Assembly (NCBI GenBank): GCA_963677495.2 | Contig: CAXXOU010000001.1 | Coordinates: 922,042 to 986,041 of the forward strand | Source: Candidatus Cloacimonadales bacterium | Lineage (GTDB): Bacteria > Cloacimonadota > Cloacimonadia > Cloacimonadales > JAFGVF01 | DNA length: 64,000 bases | Direction: 5' to 3' | Shown here: one piece after another, positions 29,801-40,045 of the stretch | Layout: the number at the start of each line of letters is the position of its first letter | Numbering within the stretch: position 1 is the stretch's first letter | Program-made: the position numbers and the translations under genes | The notes under the pieces: model-generated | Databases searched by the model: none | What the model saw: the letters and a program-made list of their open reading frames with translations, nothing else | What the model was told of the DNA's origin: nothing

Positions 29801-32800
29801 GGTTAATGCTAACTCAAGTGCTATCCCTGAAATTCAAGCATTAGCTGACTCTGTAGGCTCATCAATCACTTGGTTCAATGGTGACGATGCAATGGGTCTT
29901 GCTTATAACGGCGTACTTATTGACGTTGTTGGACAAGAAGGAATTGATCCAGGAACAGGTTGGGATGTAGCCGGTGTTACAGCTGCTACTGCTAACCATA
30001 CACTTCTTCGTAAATCTTCAGTAACAACAGGAACTACAGACTGGACTACTTCTGCCGGAACAGATGCTTCTGATTCACAGTGGATAGTACTTGGAGAAGA
30101 TGACTACAGTAACTTAGGTGATACTACAGCTAACTATAATGAAGCTCCTGCTATTACTAATATTTTAGTAAACCCAGTTGCTCCAGAGGTTGGCATGAAC
30201 GTAACAATTACTGCTGACGTTACTGACGATAGTGCTGTTTCTACTGTAGAACTCAAATATGGAACAGAAACTGGTGTTTATGGAACTGTTGTTACTATGA
30301 ACACACGTGCTACATATACAACAACACTTACAACACTTACAGCCGGTACATACTACTTTGTAGTTGAAGCTACAGATGATGGTAGTGTTGTAACAACATC
30401 AGATGAACAGACATTTACTGTTACAGAACCTGCTCCAACTGAAGGTATCATTGTAAGTGAAACAGCTCTTGCATTTGCAGCAGAAGTTGGCGCAACATCT
30501 GATCCACAAGAATACACACTTCAAGGAATTGACCTTGGTGATGTAATCAATATAGAGGTTGCAGGTCCATTCGAAGTATCTGACAATGCTTTAAGCTGGG
30601 ATACTGATATTTATGACCTTGACCCTGATTTCGACGGAACTATCTGGGTTCGTTACACAGCGACTGCTGCAGGTGATGAGTTCGGTACAATCACTCATAT
30701 GTCTGATGGATTTGATGATGTTGTAATCAACCTTACAGGTACGGGTTCACTTCCGCTTGTTGATATCTTCAATGAAGATTTCGAATCAACTACACTCGGA
30801 AGTTGGACTCCAGTTTCTGTTATTGGTGACCAAGCATGGGAAGCACGTTCATATAGTGGTAATTACTATGCATATATGAGTGGTTTTTCAGGTAGTGCAC
30901 AAGACAACGAAGACTGGCTTATCTCACCAGCTGTTAACATGGACGCTTATGAGAATGAACAGTTAAACTTCGATACAGCTTATAACTATACTGGCCCAGC
31001 ATTAGAAGTATATGTATCTACTGACTATGTAGATGATCCAACTACTGCAACATGGGCACCGCTTAATCCTGTTCTTTCAACAGGTGGTTTCTCATGGGCT
31101 AACTCAGGTATCCTTGACCTTTCTGGTTACAACGGTTCTTTAAGAGTTGGTTTCAAATATCAATCTGATCCTACAAACGGTTCAGCAGCTTGGGAAATTG
31201 ACAATATCGTAATGCAAGGTACAGTGATTCAAGGTGTAAACACAGCTCCTGTTGTTACAAACGTTATGACTTCTCCTGCAGTACCTACATCAACTGATAT
31301 CGTTACTGTAACTGCTGACATTGCTGATGCCGATGGTATCTCTTCAGCAACTCTTTATTGGGGTTTAGCTTCAGATGCACTTACTAACGAAGTACCTATG
31401 ACTCTTAACAGAGATAGTTACACTGCTGACATCCCTGCTCAAACAGGTGGAACAGTTGTATACTTAAAAGTTATGGCTACAGATGCACACGTTGAACCAA
31501 TGACAGGTGAAAGTGGAGTTAATAACTACTCTGTAATACAAGATGTAGCAGACATTGCTGCTCTTAGAGCCGGTGCTACAGATGGTACATATTACCAGCT
31601 TGCTGGTGAAGTTATCTTAACATTCCAACAATCTTATCGTGGTCAAAAATATGTTCAGGATGCTTCAGGTGCTATTTTAATAGATGATAACGCTGGTGCA
31701 ATCACTACTGCATATAACTTATATGATGGTATAACTGGTCTTTGGGGAACACTTAGTTCTTACGGTGAAATGCTTCAATTCGTTCCAGCCGGTGATCCTG
31801 GTGCTGCTACTACAACAGGTAATACAATTACTCCTGCTGTTGTAACTCTTACAGACCTAACAAACAACTTTGAGATGTATGAAGCTCAAGTTGTTACAGT
31901 TAATGATGTGAACTTTGAAGATGTTGGAAACTTTGCTAACGGTACAGTTTACTCAGTTAGTGACGGAGCGGTTAACTATAGCTTCCGTTCAACTTTCTAT
32001 GATGTAGATTATATTGGAACTGCAATTCCTTCACAACCTGTAAACATCACAGGTATTATGAATTCACGCTCAACTGGAGAATATCTTACAGCTAGATTCT
32101 TAACTGACCTTGATGTTAATGAGACTGTTGTTGCTACTCCAACATTCACTCCTGCTGCAGGTACCTACACTGAAACTCAGAATGTTGAGATTCTTTGTGA
32201 TACTGCTGATGCAATGATTTACTACACAACAGATGGAACAGATCCTGATGAATCTTCATCACTCTATTCCGTTGCTATTGCAGTTAGTGAAACTACAACA
32301 ATCAAAGCAAAAGCATACAAAGATGGCTTTACACCAAGTTCAATCAGTGAAGCTGTTTATACAATCGTAGAAGCTACAGAAGTAAATATCTATATCAGTG
32401 AATACTTGGAAGGTTCTTCTAATAATAAAGCGATTGAGATATACAATGCAGGTGCTGATCCTGTAAACCTTGACTTAGTTGAGTTCTGGCGTATCTCTAA
32501 TGGTGGTGACTGGGCAGTTGAAGGTTCCGGTAATGCTGTAGCATTATCTGGTACACTTGCTCCTGGTGACGTATACGTTGTTTGTAACTCAAGTGCAATT
32601 CCAGAGATTCAAGCTGTTTCTGACTTAGTTGGAACATCTATTTGCTACTTTAACGGTGATGATGCTATGGGACTTGCTTACAATGGCGTTCTCATTGACG
32701 TTGTTGGTGACGAAGGTGCTGATCCTGGTTCTGGTTGGGATGTAGCTGGTGAAACTGCTGCTACAGCTAATCATACTCTTCTTAGAAAAGAAACAGTTAC

Positions 32801-33167
32801 AGAAGCAACTACTGACTGGGCTCTTTCAGCCGGTGATGCAACAGACTCACAATGGACTGTTATGGAAATTGATGACTATTCTAACCTTGGTTTCCCAACA
32901 GGACAGGGTGGAGCTGCAGACCCTGCTACTCCAACAAATGTTGTTCTTGTTAATGATGTGACAGGCAGAGTACTTACATGGGATGCAGCAGCTGATGCTG
33001 TAACTTATAAAGTATACTCTTCAACTGATCCTGCTTCCGCTTTCGATAGTTGGACACTTGAAACAACTACTGATCAGTTAACATGGACTGATACAGATAA
33101 TGCTAATAAGAAATTCTATCGTATCGTATCTTCAACAGACGCAATGCCTGTTAGAAGCAGAAGATAG
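26823..33167 (+). CDS. Giant secreted modular protein: 3 lamin-tail domains, 3 CHB_HEX_C/FN3-associated domains, 4 Ig-like repeats, 2 OB-fold-like repeats and a cleaved-adhesin/DUF5017-like domain
   Basis: Signal peptide. 3x IYISEY(I/L)EGSS.NKA.EIYN; 3x VATP.F.P..G.Y...Q.VEILC.T..A.IYYTTDG; 2x DIA.LRAG.TDGT.Y.L.GE...QKxVQDA..(G/A)ILID; NEDWLISP. Ends with a KKFYRIV-type domain rather than the FPNPFNP CTD. Confidence 0.85.
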   Translation: MRKIILTFAILVFSLVLFADFTENFDGWSDGSYAGVVTYEHTGVGHWENNNAMVHSTYARSGNAVRFNDDSSSTMEYLLFKGLDGNGKDGGIGTISFWYRHWDGNVPSEPIEFIVEYQVGGTTGDWTAIGSSVNVTSTTYTEYSETANISGDDIFFRVRNIQDKERLLIDDMTVTDYSGGAVTTPVISGISNTPTTPSPSEDVVVSATITDDGTINSAVINWGLTTGSLTNNVTMSIDSGDVYVGTIPAQADGATVYYTITATDNDSNAETSSERSYDVVLPIVATPYFTPGAGIYSETQSVEILCSTVGASIYYTTDGSEPTDASTLYTVALSIDATTTVKAKAYMTGYGPSAVAEALYDFAVAGPANIYISEYIEGSSNNKAIEIYNAGDTDVNLGFVEFWRISNGGDWAVEGSGNAVTLSGTLAPGDVYVVCNSSASAEIQALSDLVGTSVCYFNGDDAMGLVYNGTLVDVVGDEGADPGSGWDVAGETDATANHTLLRKTTGAATTDWAASSGTNATDSQWTVMANDDISNLGQPTPPPAANPAPVIANIAHTPETPEATDIVTVTADITDDDGLTSATLNWGLASDAMTNNVAMTLSRDAYEGNIPAQVGGTTVYYEIVAIDANAEPATTTSATYDYTVVNIVNVADIATLRAGSTDGTIYCLTGEAVLTYQQSYRGQKFVQDATAGILIDDNSGNITTTYNIYDGITGLCGTLNEYGGMLQFIPVADPGAASNTGLSITPVVVTLADLTANFETYEAQVVTVNDLTFGETGNFANGTVYTLSDGTDSYNFRTSFYDVDYIGTAIPSGTVSISGIMNSRNDGEYISARDAADIVTATVPVVATPTFNPAAGTYATAQSVEILCATAGASIYYTTDGTDPDETSTMYTVAIDVTETTTIRAKAYLVDYTASDIAEAVYTIEAIVAPNIYISEYIEGSSSNKAFEIYNADTVPVDLSMVQVWRISNGGDWSEGASNGTTLVGTLNPGEVWVNANSSAIPEIQALADSVGSSITWFNGDDAMGLAYNGVLIDVVGQEGIDPGTGWDVAGVTAATANHTLLRKSSVTTGTTDWTTSAGTDASDSQWIVLGEDDYSNLGDTTANYNEAPAITNILVNPVAPEVGMNVTITADVTDDSAVSTVELKYGTETGVYGTVVTMNTRATYTTTLTTLTAGTYYFVVEATDDGSVVTTSDEQTFTVTEPAPTEGIIVSETALAFAAEVGATSDPQEYTLQGIDLGDVINIEVAGPFEVSDNALSWDTDIYDLDPDFDGTIWVRYTATAAGDEFGTITHMSDGFDDVVINLTGTGSLPLVDIFNEDFESTTLGSWTPVSVIGDQAWEARSYSGNYYAYMSGFSGSAQDNEDWLISPAVNMDAYENEQLNFDTAYNYTGPALEVYVSTDYVDDPTTATWAPLNPVLSTGGFSWANSGILDLSGYNGSLRVGFKYQSDPTNGSAAWEIDNIVMQGTVIQGVNTAPVVTNVMTSPAVPTSTDIVTVTADIADADGISSATLYWGLASDALTNEVPMTLNRDSYTADIPAQTGGTVVYLKVMATDAHVEPMTGESGVNNYSVIQDVADIAALRAGATDGTYYQLAGEVILTFQQSYRGQKYVQDASGAILIDDNAGAITTAYNLYDGITGLWGTLSSYGEMLQFVPAGDPGAATTTGNTITPAVVTLTDLTNNFEMYEAQVVTVNDVNFEDVGNFANGTVYSVSDGAVNYSFRSTFYDVDYIGTAIPSQPVNITGIMNSRSTGEYLTARFLTDLDVNETVVATPTFTPAAGTYTETQNVEILCDTADAMIYYTTDGTDPDESSSLYSVAIAVSETTTIKAKAYKDGFTPSSISEAVYTIVEATEVNIYISEYLEGSSNNKAIEIYNAGADPVNLDLVEFWRISNGGDWAVEGSGNAVALSGTLAPGDVYVVCNSSAIPEIQAVSDLVGTSICYFNGDDAMGLAYNGVLIDVVGDEGADPGSGWDVAGETAATANHTLLRKETVTEATTDWALSAGDATDSQWTVMEIDDYSNLGFPTGQGGAADPATPTNVVLVNDVTGRVLTWDAAADAVTYKVYSSTDPASAFDSWTLETTTDQLTWTDTDNANKKFYRIVSSTDAMPVRSRR

Positions 33168-33186
33168 TTAATATAGCTCACAAACT

Positions 33187-33222
33187 GAAAGAGTATCGGG
33201 TAACCGGTACTCTTTCTTTTTT
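33187..33222 (+). terminator. Intrinsic terminator
   Basis: GAAAGAGTATCGG-GTAA-CCGGTACTCTTTC-TTTTTT. Confidence 0.85.
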
Positions 33223-33706
33223 CTGACAGTAATTCACTATAGCCATCCGAGCGACCCTATCGATTTCGTTCATTTCGTTTCACTTCATTCAGCTTCGCTC
33301 AGGGTGACGTGGTAATGGAACTTGCATTTGCAAGTTTGAGTACCATGTTGTCATCTTGATTGAACCATTGGGAGTTCTTCTCTAAGAAAAAGACGTAACA
33401 TCCTTGTAATTATTTGATTTGATAATAGCAGCGTTTTACATCTGGTATCAAACATAAGTCCACTTCAATCTTGACAAGTTGAATGGGTTTAAAACCGATA
33501 CAACTTGTTTAATCAAAAGGAACCATAGAAACTTTGATATGATTAGTCAGGTATGTTTATACTAAGATACTGCAAAATATAGTATTAGCTATGGAATGAA
33601 AATTTCATCATTGTTATATTGGTAGTTGTTATGATTATATTGTAAATCATAATGTATTTATAGGTAAGGCTATGTTAAACAAGGCGTTATTAGTTTGGAG
33701 GAGAAG

Positions 33707-35428
33707 ATGAGAAGACTTATTCTTTTTTTGGCTTTGGCTACACTGTTTACACTCAGTTTTGCTGAAGTAGTAAATATTAGTGGAAGCGTAAGTTCAATGA
33801 ATGATTGGATTACACCAATTGAGGGTGCGACTATACAGGTTGAGAATATTGATGAGCAGGTAATTACGGATGAAAACGGATATTATACTATAGATGTGGA
33901 TTGGGTATGGAATGGACCGATTGTTGTTACATGTATTAAAGAGGGTTATACTTCAGTGACAGAAACACTTTTCCCTGAGCATCCTTATGAATATCTAGAT
34001 TTCTTTTTAGAAGTTTTAGTGCCAACCAATGTGATTCAAGGAAATGTTTATTACACAGAATTGTGTGGTAACACTATACCGATAGCCGGAGCTTTTATCT
34101 CGGTTGGTGGGGTCGAAAATTTCGTTGAAACAGATGCTAATGGATTCTATTCAATAGAGTTTATATGGAACTGGGATAGCGCAGTTGTAATGAATTGTGA
34201 ACATATTGATTACGAAACTATAGTTTATAGTTTCTTCCCAAGTGAGAATCCCGCAACAGTGGATTTCGAAATGATTCCGCTACCATTACCTTACAGTCAT
34301 TCCATAAGTGGAAATGTATCTGATATCACTACTGGTTCACCAATTGTAGATGTTGAGATTCATATAGATTCAGTTAATGAAAATGTGTATTCTGATTCAA
34401 ATGGAAACTATCAGTTTATGTTTAATTGGGATTGGGATAGTGCAGTAATAATTACCTGTTCTCATGCAGCATATGAATCACAGATTGTTAGTTTTTACCC
34501 CGACAGCGAAGAATCATATGTTAATTTTACTTTATCTACAGAAGCTAATCCTGCACCTATAACTATTCAAGGATTTGTTACACAAGCATACCCTAATAAT
34601 GATCAACCAATAGAGGGAGCAGTTTTATCCTTTGGAGCTCCCGGAGCAGACCCGGTTGCTGCGACTAGAACTGAAACTAACGGGTTCTATACTGCATCTC
34701 TTGTCTGGAACTGGTATGGTCCTATTCAGATAAATTGTCACTATCCGGGACATTATCATATAGTCATGGATTGTTTCCCTGATGGTGAGATGAATGACCT
34801 AAATTTCTTTATGCAGCCATTACCTCCTGTATTTGAACCCCCAGCAAATTTATCAGGATATGTTTCCAATGATGATAGGGTTGTTTTGGAGTGGAGTGCA
34901 CCTATGAACTGGCCCTTGGAACATCCTTTGTCTTACAGGATTTATATAAAAGAAAATGATAACCAATATTTTCATCCATTGGCAACTACATCTTTAAGTG
35001 AGTTCGTTCATACATTTTCTGTTTCTGGTAGTGGCACATGGAATGCAGAATTCACAGTTACTGTTTTTGAAGATAGTACTGAGACAGCATTTAGCAATAT
35101 TATCACTTTAGGGCACACAACTGCAAACGATGGTGATGTGCAGGTTTTACAGAAACCGATACTAGATGTGTATCCGAACCCTTTTAATCCAAGTGCTAAT
35201 ATTTTTCTCAATATTCAGGAGCATCAACATGTTAAAGCTCAGATATTTAACATAAAAGGTCAAACTATCGAAACTTTGCTTGATATGAAACTTCAAGAAG
35301 GTTCTCACAATCTTGTTTGGGATGGAACTGATTCGAATGGTAGTAAGCAAAGCTCCGGTATATATTTTTTAAAGGTACGAACTGGTAGTGGAGTGAGTTT
35401 AACTAGAAAACTGACTTTGATAAAATAG
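33707..35428 (+). CDS. Secreted protein with four carboxypeptidase-regulatory-like beta-sandwich repeats, FN3 and T9SS/FlgD-type CTD
   Basis: GGAGGAG RBS before ATG 33707. 4x I.G.V...PI....TD.NG.Y...W.W; CTD VYPNPFNP...IFNIKGQ...WDG...SSGIYF...KLTLIK. Confidence 0.85.
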   Translation: MRRLILFLALATLFTLSFAEVVNISGSVSSMNDWITPIEGATIQVENIDEQVITDENGYYTIDVDWVWNGPIVVTCIKEGYTSVTETLFPEHPYEYLDFFLEVLVPTNVIQGNVYYTELCGNTIPIAGAFISVGGVENFVETDANGFYSIEFIWNWDSAVVMNCEHIDYETIVYSFFPSENPATVDFEMIPLPLPYSHSISGNVSDITTGSPIVDVEIHIDSVNENVYSDSNGNYQFMFNWDWDSAVIITCSHAAYESQIVSFYPDSEESYVNFTLSTEANPAPITIQGFVTQAYPNNDQPIEGAVLSFGAPGADPVAATRTETNGFYTASLVWNWYGPIQINCHYPGHYHIVMDCFPDGEMNDLNFFMQPLPPVFEPPANLSGYVSNDDRVVLEWSAPMNWPLEHPLSYRIYIKENDNQYFHPLATTSLSEFVHTFSVSGSGTWNAEFTVTVFEDSTETAFSNIITLGHTTANDGDVQVLQKPILDVYPNPFNPSANIFLNIQEHQHVKAQIFNIKGQTIETLLDMKLQEGSHNLVWDGTDSNGSKQSSGIYFLKVRTGSGVSLTRKLTLIK

Positions 35429-35448
35429 ATTTGATTTATTTTTGTAAC

Positions 35449-35476
35449 AGAGACGCTTACATTTGCGTCTCTTTTT
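35449..35476 (+). terminator. Intrinsic terminator
   Basis: AGAGACGC-TTACATTT-GCGTCTCT-TTTT. Confidence 0.75.
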
Positions 35477-35927
35477 ATATATCAAGTCAATCCATTTCAG
35501 ACTGTTTAGTAATCTTCATTAGCCTATCTTAATAGATTTACTTCTAATGTCATTTTCTTTTGCAACATTAGGGTGTCTCTTATCAGTTTGCCCCGGGGAT
35601 GCCCAAGAGACTTATTAGAATTACACACTCTTTGATGAGCTATTATGATAGAGCAAAGAACGATTAGTGATAATTACTTAAACGTTTCAATAATAAACTG
35701 TGATTCAAAGACGAAGGAAGGAAGGATATTGCTTGTATGATTTGAACTAATAGAATCAACTTAACTTGCAATGAAGGTGGGCTGAGATTCGATGTCAAGT
35801 ATAAAAAAGCACTTCATAGATTGGTCAGAAAGACAGCCTCATTACATCTTTTATAGAAAATAACTTTACAAGAGAGAATTTGTATTAGTTTTGGACAATG
35901 GTATATTATGAATATTAAGGAAAGTGT

Positions 35928-38582
35928 ATGAAGAAAATTTCGATAGTTTTGTTAGTATGTCTATTTCTTAGTATCCTTAGTGCTGTAAAGATTGATTTAA
36001 ACAAGGCAACTCTTGAAGAAATAAGAGAGTTACCAATCACAGAACAGCAGGCTAAAGATATCTATGAATACAGACAGTATGTAAAGTTCTTTGAAGATCT
36101 TTATGATCTCAGAGAGATAGAATCGATTGATCAGAAAACATTGCTCGAGCTTAGAAAGCTAGTAATCATAACTCATTATGATGAGATGGATGAAGCAGCG
36201 AAAAGGTTTGAGGAAGTTGATTATCTGATACAACGATTAGGTAGTAATGAAGGCTCATCCGAAGGTATCTCAGATATTTGGAGTGATTTCCTTATGAGCC
36301 CACAGAATGTTAACCATATGCTATTCGAAGACTTTATTAGTCTTCCGAATGTATCACCAATAGATGCTGTTGCAGTACTTAAACGTAGAGCTAAAGGTGA
36401 TACTTTGCAGGATAAGCGTGACCTTAAGCATACAAATGGTATCTCATATTATGGTTACTCTAATCTTAGACATTATGTCTTTTATAAGCAACCACCTGTG
36501 AAGAACAAATTGTTCTTTGATTACCAGTTTAAATATCATCTCTATAACTTCAGCGATGACATAGAAGAGATGTTTAAGTCTGCTTTCTTACGTGATGCAT
36601 ATCCCAATCCTGCTCCTCATAGTACAGATTTAACATTATGGGGATATCTACAACTTGATAAGTATTATCCGGAAACATCACATAAGTTTAGAGTCAGATA
36701 TGGTAATAACCTTAAAATGGGTATGATGATTGATCAGCCCAAAGCTGAAGCAACTATTGATGAAGCTGAAGGCGATGATGTGCTCTCAGATACAAAATAC
36801 TTCGCTAAGTATGACCATAAGTTTGATTTCCTAAGCCGTCAAAACACATTAAGAATCATTGCCGGTAACTACCGTGCTACTTATGGTGAAGGTTTGACTA
36901 TGGAGAATACTGATTACTATAGCCCACGTAAGACAGGTTATGGTTTTGATAAGAGGATTTATGGTATCACAGAAGACCTTTCCAGAACTGAAGTAAATGC
37001 CCTAAAAGGTGTTGCATTAGAGTGGAAGAATAGTCTTTTCCAAACTTCATTCTTTGCATCAAGAGATAAAAAAGATGCCTTTGTTTATATGGACAGATAT
37101 GAAGATGAAGATGGGAATATCCATTCAGTGGCAAGAAAAGATGAGAACGGCAATTATGAAGTGTTTGGTTTAGTTAATTCAACAATCCGTTTCGAAGATG
37201 ATGAGATGGAAGATGCAGAGGTATACTTTAATAATGAATTAGCTGCTGGTGGCTCTCAATATACAAATGGATATATTAACTTAGCACCACGTAAGAACCT
37301 TGTAGATGAAACACTTTATGGTGGTCACTTACAGTTTAATCCTTTCATTGGAACCAGACTCGGCATGACAACATACACTTCTTATTATAATAATGCTGAG
37401 ATTATTATTCCTGAATATGATGAGTTGGGGCAAACAGTCTTAAGAGATGAATACAACTATCAAAAAATAAAGATTGTAGATAGTGCAGTTTCTGACCTTT
37501 ATGGTACAAAGACAGATGAGTATGACAGAGATTATAGACAGGTTGTTGGTTTTGACGGTATGACTGTGTTTAACAATGTTTCACTTCAAGGTGAATACGC
37601 TGAGTTAACCAAAACAGGTGAACTAATGAAGCTTGGTGATGATCCCAATGCTTATCTTATCAGTACTAGAGCTCAGTTTGACAACCTTTACCTTATCCTG
37701 CTTTATCGTGATGTACATGCTGAGTATGATAACCCCTATAGTAACTTCTTCTCAGAGAAATCTAAGCTTGATGGCACTATCTTGGAAGATTCATACATGC
37801 TTACAAACCCAATGCTGAGTGACCTTGTAGAGAACAACTCTCAGAGTCAGCCTGAGAAGGGTTTTTATATTCAATCGCGCTATAAATTCAATAAGTATTT
37901 CACTCTTTCAAAACTCTATCTTGATGTGTTTGAGAGACAATCAGATCATAGAAGAACATATAGATTCGATAGTGCTCTTGATTACAGACCTGTTCACCCA
38001 CTAAGATTTAGTATTAAATATACTAACCAGGTTAACAGATATGATGATGAGCTTGATCGCCAGACATCAACTGTGAATCGTTATACTGCTGCGATAACTG
38101 CTTATTTATCTAAGCGTGACTACTTCTCAATCGAGTATCGTTATGATACTGTATATGGTCCTCCTTATGTATACCTTTTCAACAATGCAGAGGGTTATGG
38201 AGTTAATGAAAATGCAGTTGGTAGAGTATTCCAGCATGGTGACTATATTTGCGCCAATTACACACATAACTTCACTGAGGACCTGAAAGTAAGAGGCTCA
38301 TTCCTCTTCTGGGATGGTCATGGTATCTCCCACTGGGACTTTGAAGATATGGAGATGGATTTCATGGGTGCAAAAGGTCACAAATATTGGGTTACAATTA
38401 TTGATAGATTATCAAATAATCTACAGGTAAGATTGAAATACAAATATAAACAATATAAGAGCCATGATTATGAAATCAGAGGTTTCTACAATGAAAACGA
38501 ATATATCGACGGACAAAACTATTATGAGCTCGTAGAGAAAGATGAGCATGCAATCCGTCTTCAAATAGATTGGAATTTTTAA
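35928..38582 (+). CDS. Outer-membrane protein with N-terminal ComEA-like helix-hairpin-helix domains and a probable C-terminal beta-barrel
   Basis: Signal peptide. KIDLNKATLEEIRELP...A..IYEYR....F....DL..I..I, and a second unit NVN....EDF.SLPNV....A..V..RR. Aromatic alternating strands. C-terminal IRLQIDWNF beta-signal. Confidence 0.78.
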   Translation: MKKISIVLLVCLFLSILSAVKIDLNKATLEEIRELPITEQQAKDIYEYRQYVKFFEDLYDLREIESIDQKTLLELRKLVIITHYDEMDEAAKRFEEVDYLIQRLGSNEGSSEGISDIWSDFLMSPQNVNHMLFEDFISLPNVSPIDAVAVLKRRAKGDTLQDKRDLKHTNGISYYGYSNLRHYVFYKQPPVKNKLFFDYQFKYHLYNFSDDIEEMFKSAFLRDAYPNPAPHSTDLTLWGYLQLDKYYPETSHKFRVRYGNNLKMGMMIDQPKAEATIDEAEGDDVLSDTKYFAKYDHKFDFLSRQNTLRIIAGNYRATYGEGLTMENTDYYSPRKTGYGFDKRIYGITEDLSRTEVNALKGVALEWKNSLFQTSFFASRDKKDAFVYMDRYEDEDGNIHSVARKDENGNYEVFGLVNSTIRFEDDEMEDAEVYFNNELAAGGSQYTNGYINLAPRKNLVDETLYGGHLQFNPFIGTRLGMTTYTSYYNNAEIIIPEYDELGQTVLRDEYNYQKIKIVDSAVSDLYGTKTDEYDRDYRQVVGFDGMTVFNNVSLQGEYAELTKTGELMKLGDDPNAYLISTRAQFDNLYLILLYRDVHAEYDNPYSNFFSEKSKLDGTILEDSYMLTNPMLSDLVENNSQSQPEKGFYIQSRYKFNKYFTLSKLYLDVFERQSDHRRTYRFDSALDYRPVHPLRFSIKYTNQVNRYDDELDRQTSTVNRYTAAITAYLSKRDYFSIEYRYDTVYGPPYVYLFNNAEGYGVNENAVGRVFQHGDYICANYTHNFTEDLKVRGSFLFWDGHGISHWDFEDMEMDFMGAKGHKYWVTIIDRLSNNLQVRLKYKYKQYKSHDYEIRGFYNENEYIDGQNYYELVEKDEHAIRLQIDWNF

Positions 38583-38595
38583 GGTTGGAGGATAG

Positions 38596-40023
38596 ATGAA
38601 AAAATATATATTACCAGTAGTTTTCATCCTGTGCATCACAGGTTTGCTTGCATTTTCGATTACAGATTACGCATTTGGTTACAAAATACCATCAAACAAC
38701 GTACGTTCAATGGCTATGGGTGGAACAGGTGTCGCCAGAGGTTACAGACCAATGGATGCTTTCATTAATCCTTCTGTACTTGGTAACATGGAGAGTGGAT
38801 ATTGGGCTGAATTGAGTGTTAACGGCTCACAGTTCATGGACAAGAGAAGCTTCCCATATTATGACTCTTTTGAAGGTTATGTTGATGAAGCTACATATGC
38901 TACTAACTTCAACTATAATGCTGATATTTATGGAGCTATTGCCTGGATATATGATATGAAACCAAGTACATTCTCAATATCTGCTCGCTATGCTCCAGTA
39001 TATGATTTCTCAGGTTTCTATGAAGAACAAGTAAGAAACAATAATAACTCAAATGATAATGGTTATCCTGAAAGAATAGCAGATAACAAGATTGAGAACG
39101 AAGGTTCATTAGATGGATTTTCATTTGATATTGCCTATGCTATTGAACTTAATAACGCATTTGTTTCAAATGCAGGTGTAGGTTTTGAATTCACCAGTCT
39201 TATGGGTGATGTGAATCAGAGTACTACAATCAACTGGTCTGACTGGGCAGTTGAACAGGCAGTTCTTCAGACTGCTCCAGTAGATACTCTAAAAAACTTT
39301 ATTTATAAAAATGAAAGAGATCTTTCCGGTATTCAAATGAAAGCCGGATTTAATGCTGACCTAGGTGATAGAATATCTATTGGGTTTGCCTACACTCCAA
39401 AAACAGAAATTGATGTAACATACAATGTTGAAAAATATCTTATCAATACAATTGCTGATGCAGATGGTGTATATAAAACTTATGCTTTTGATGCAGAAGC
39501 AGCTGATGAGATTACATTTGAAAACTATGACTTACCATCAACTATGCGTTTCGGTTTCACTTATCGTCCTAGAAACATCATGAGAACCGTAATGAATGTT
39601 GAAGCGGAATATGTCACCTGGAGTGATATCAATGATATGTACGAAGATGCATTCAACTACTATCTCGGTGTTGAGCACTCATTGACAAATGCATTACCTG
39701 TGAGAGTCGGTTTCAGTTCTGAAACTTCATATCAGAATATCTTTGATGATAACGGACAATATGCACGCAAACTTACTATGCCTTCTATTACAACCGGTAC
39801 AGGTTATGAAATAACAAAGGGGCTAAATCTGGATTTTGCATTAACATATAGTTTTAGAGAGTATGAAGCATTAGATTTGTTTGCAGATAGTTTCTACTAT
39901 AGTGGACATTCATACTTATGGCCGAATACTCATATTAACATTCAGGATAGAGATTGGGATAATCCTGATAAAGTTAAAGAAGCGTTCCTTAAAGCAAACG
40001 TTTCATTTACATATAAATACTAG
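38596..40023 (+). CDS. Outer-membrane beta-barrel, FadL/PorV-like
   Basis: Signal peptide; RSMAMGGTGVA....AFINPSVL; LPSTMRFG; LGVE...LPVRVGF; TGTGY...LDFA; C-terminal VSFTYKY. Confidence 0.75.
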   Translation: MKKYILPVVFILCITGLLAFSITDYAFGYKIPSNNVRSMAMGGTGVARGYRPMDAFINPSVLGNMESGYWAELSVNGSQFMDKRSFPYYDSFEGYVDEATYATNFNYNADIYGAIAWIYDMKPSTFSISARYAPVYDFSGFYEEQVRNNNNSNDNGYPERIADNKIENEGSLDGFSFDIAYAIELNNAFVSNAGVGFEFTSLMGDVNQSTTINWSDWAVEQAVLQTAPVDTLKNFIYKNERDLSGIQMKAGFNADLGDRISIGFAYTPKTEIDVTYNVEKYLINTIADADGVYKTYAFDAEAADEITFENYDLPSTMRFGFTYRPRNIMRTVMNVEAEYVTWSDINDMYEDAFNYYLGVEHSLTNALPVRVGFSSETSYQNIFDDNGQYARKLTMPSITTGTGYEITKGLNLDFALTYSFREYEALDLFADSFYYSGHSYLWPNTHINIQDRDWDNPDKVKEAFLKANVSFTYKY

Positions 40024-40045
40024 TAAAAACTAGAGGTTAATAAGA

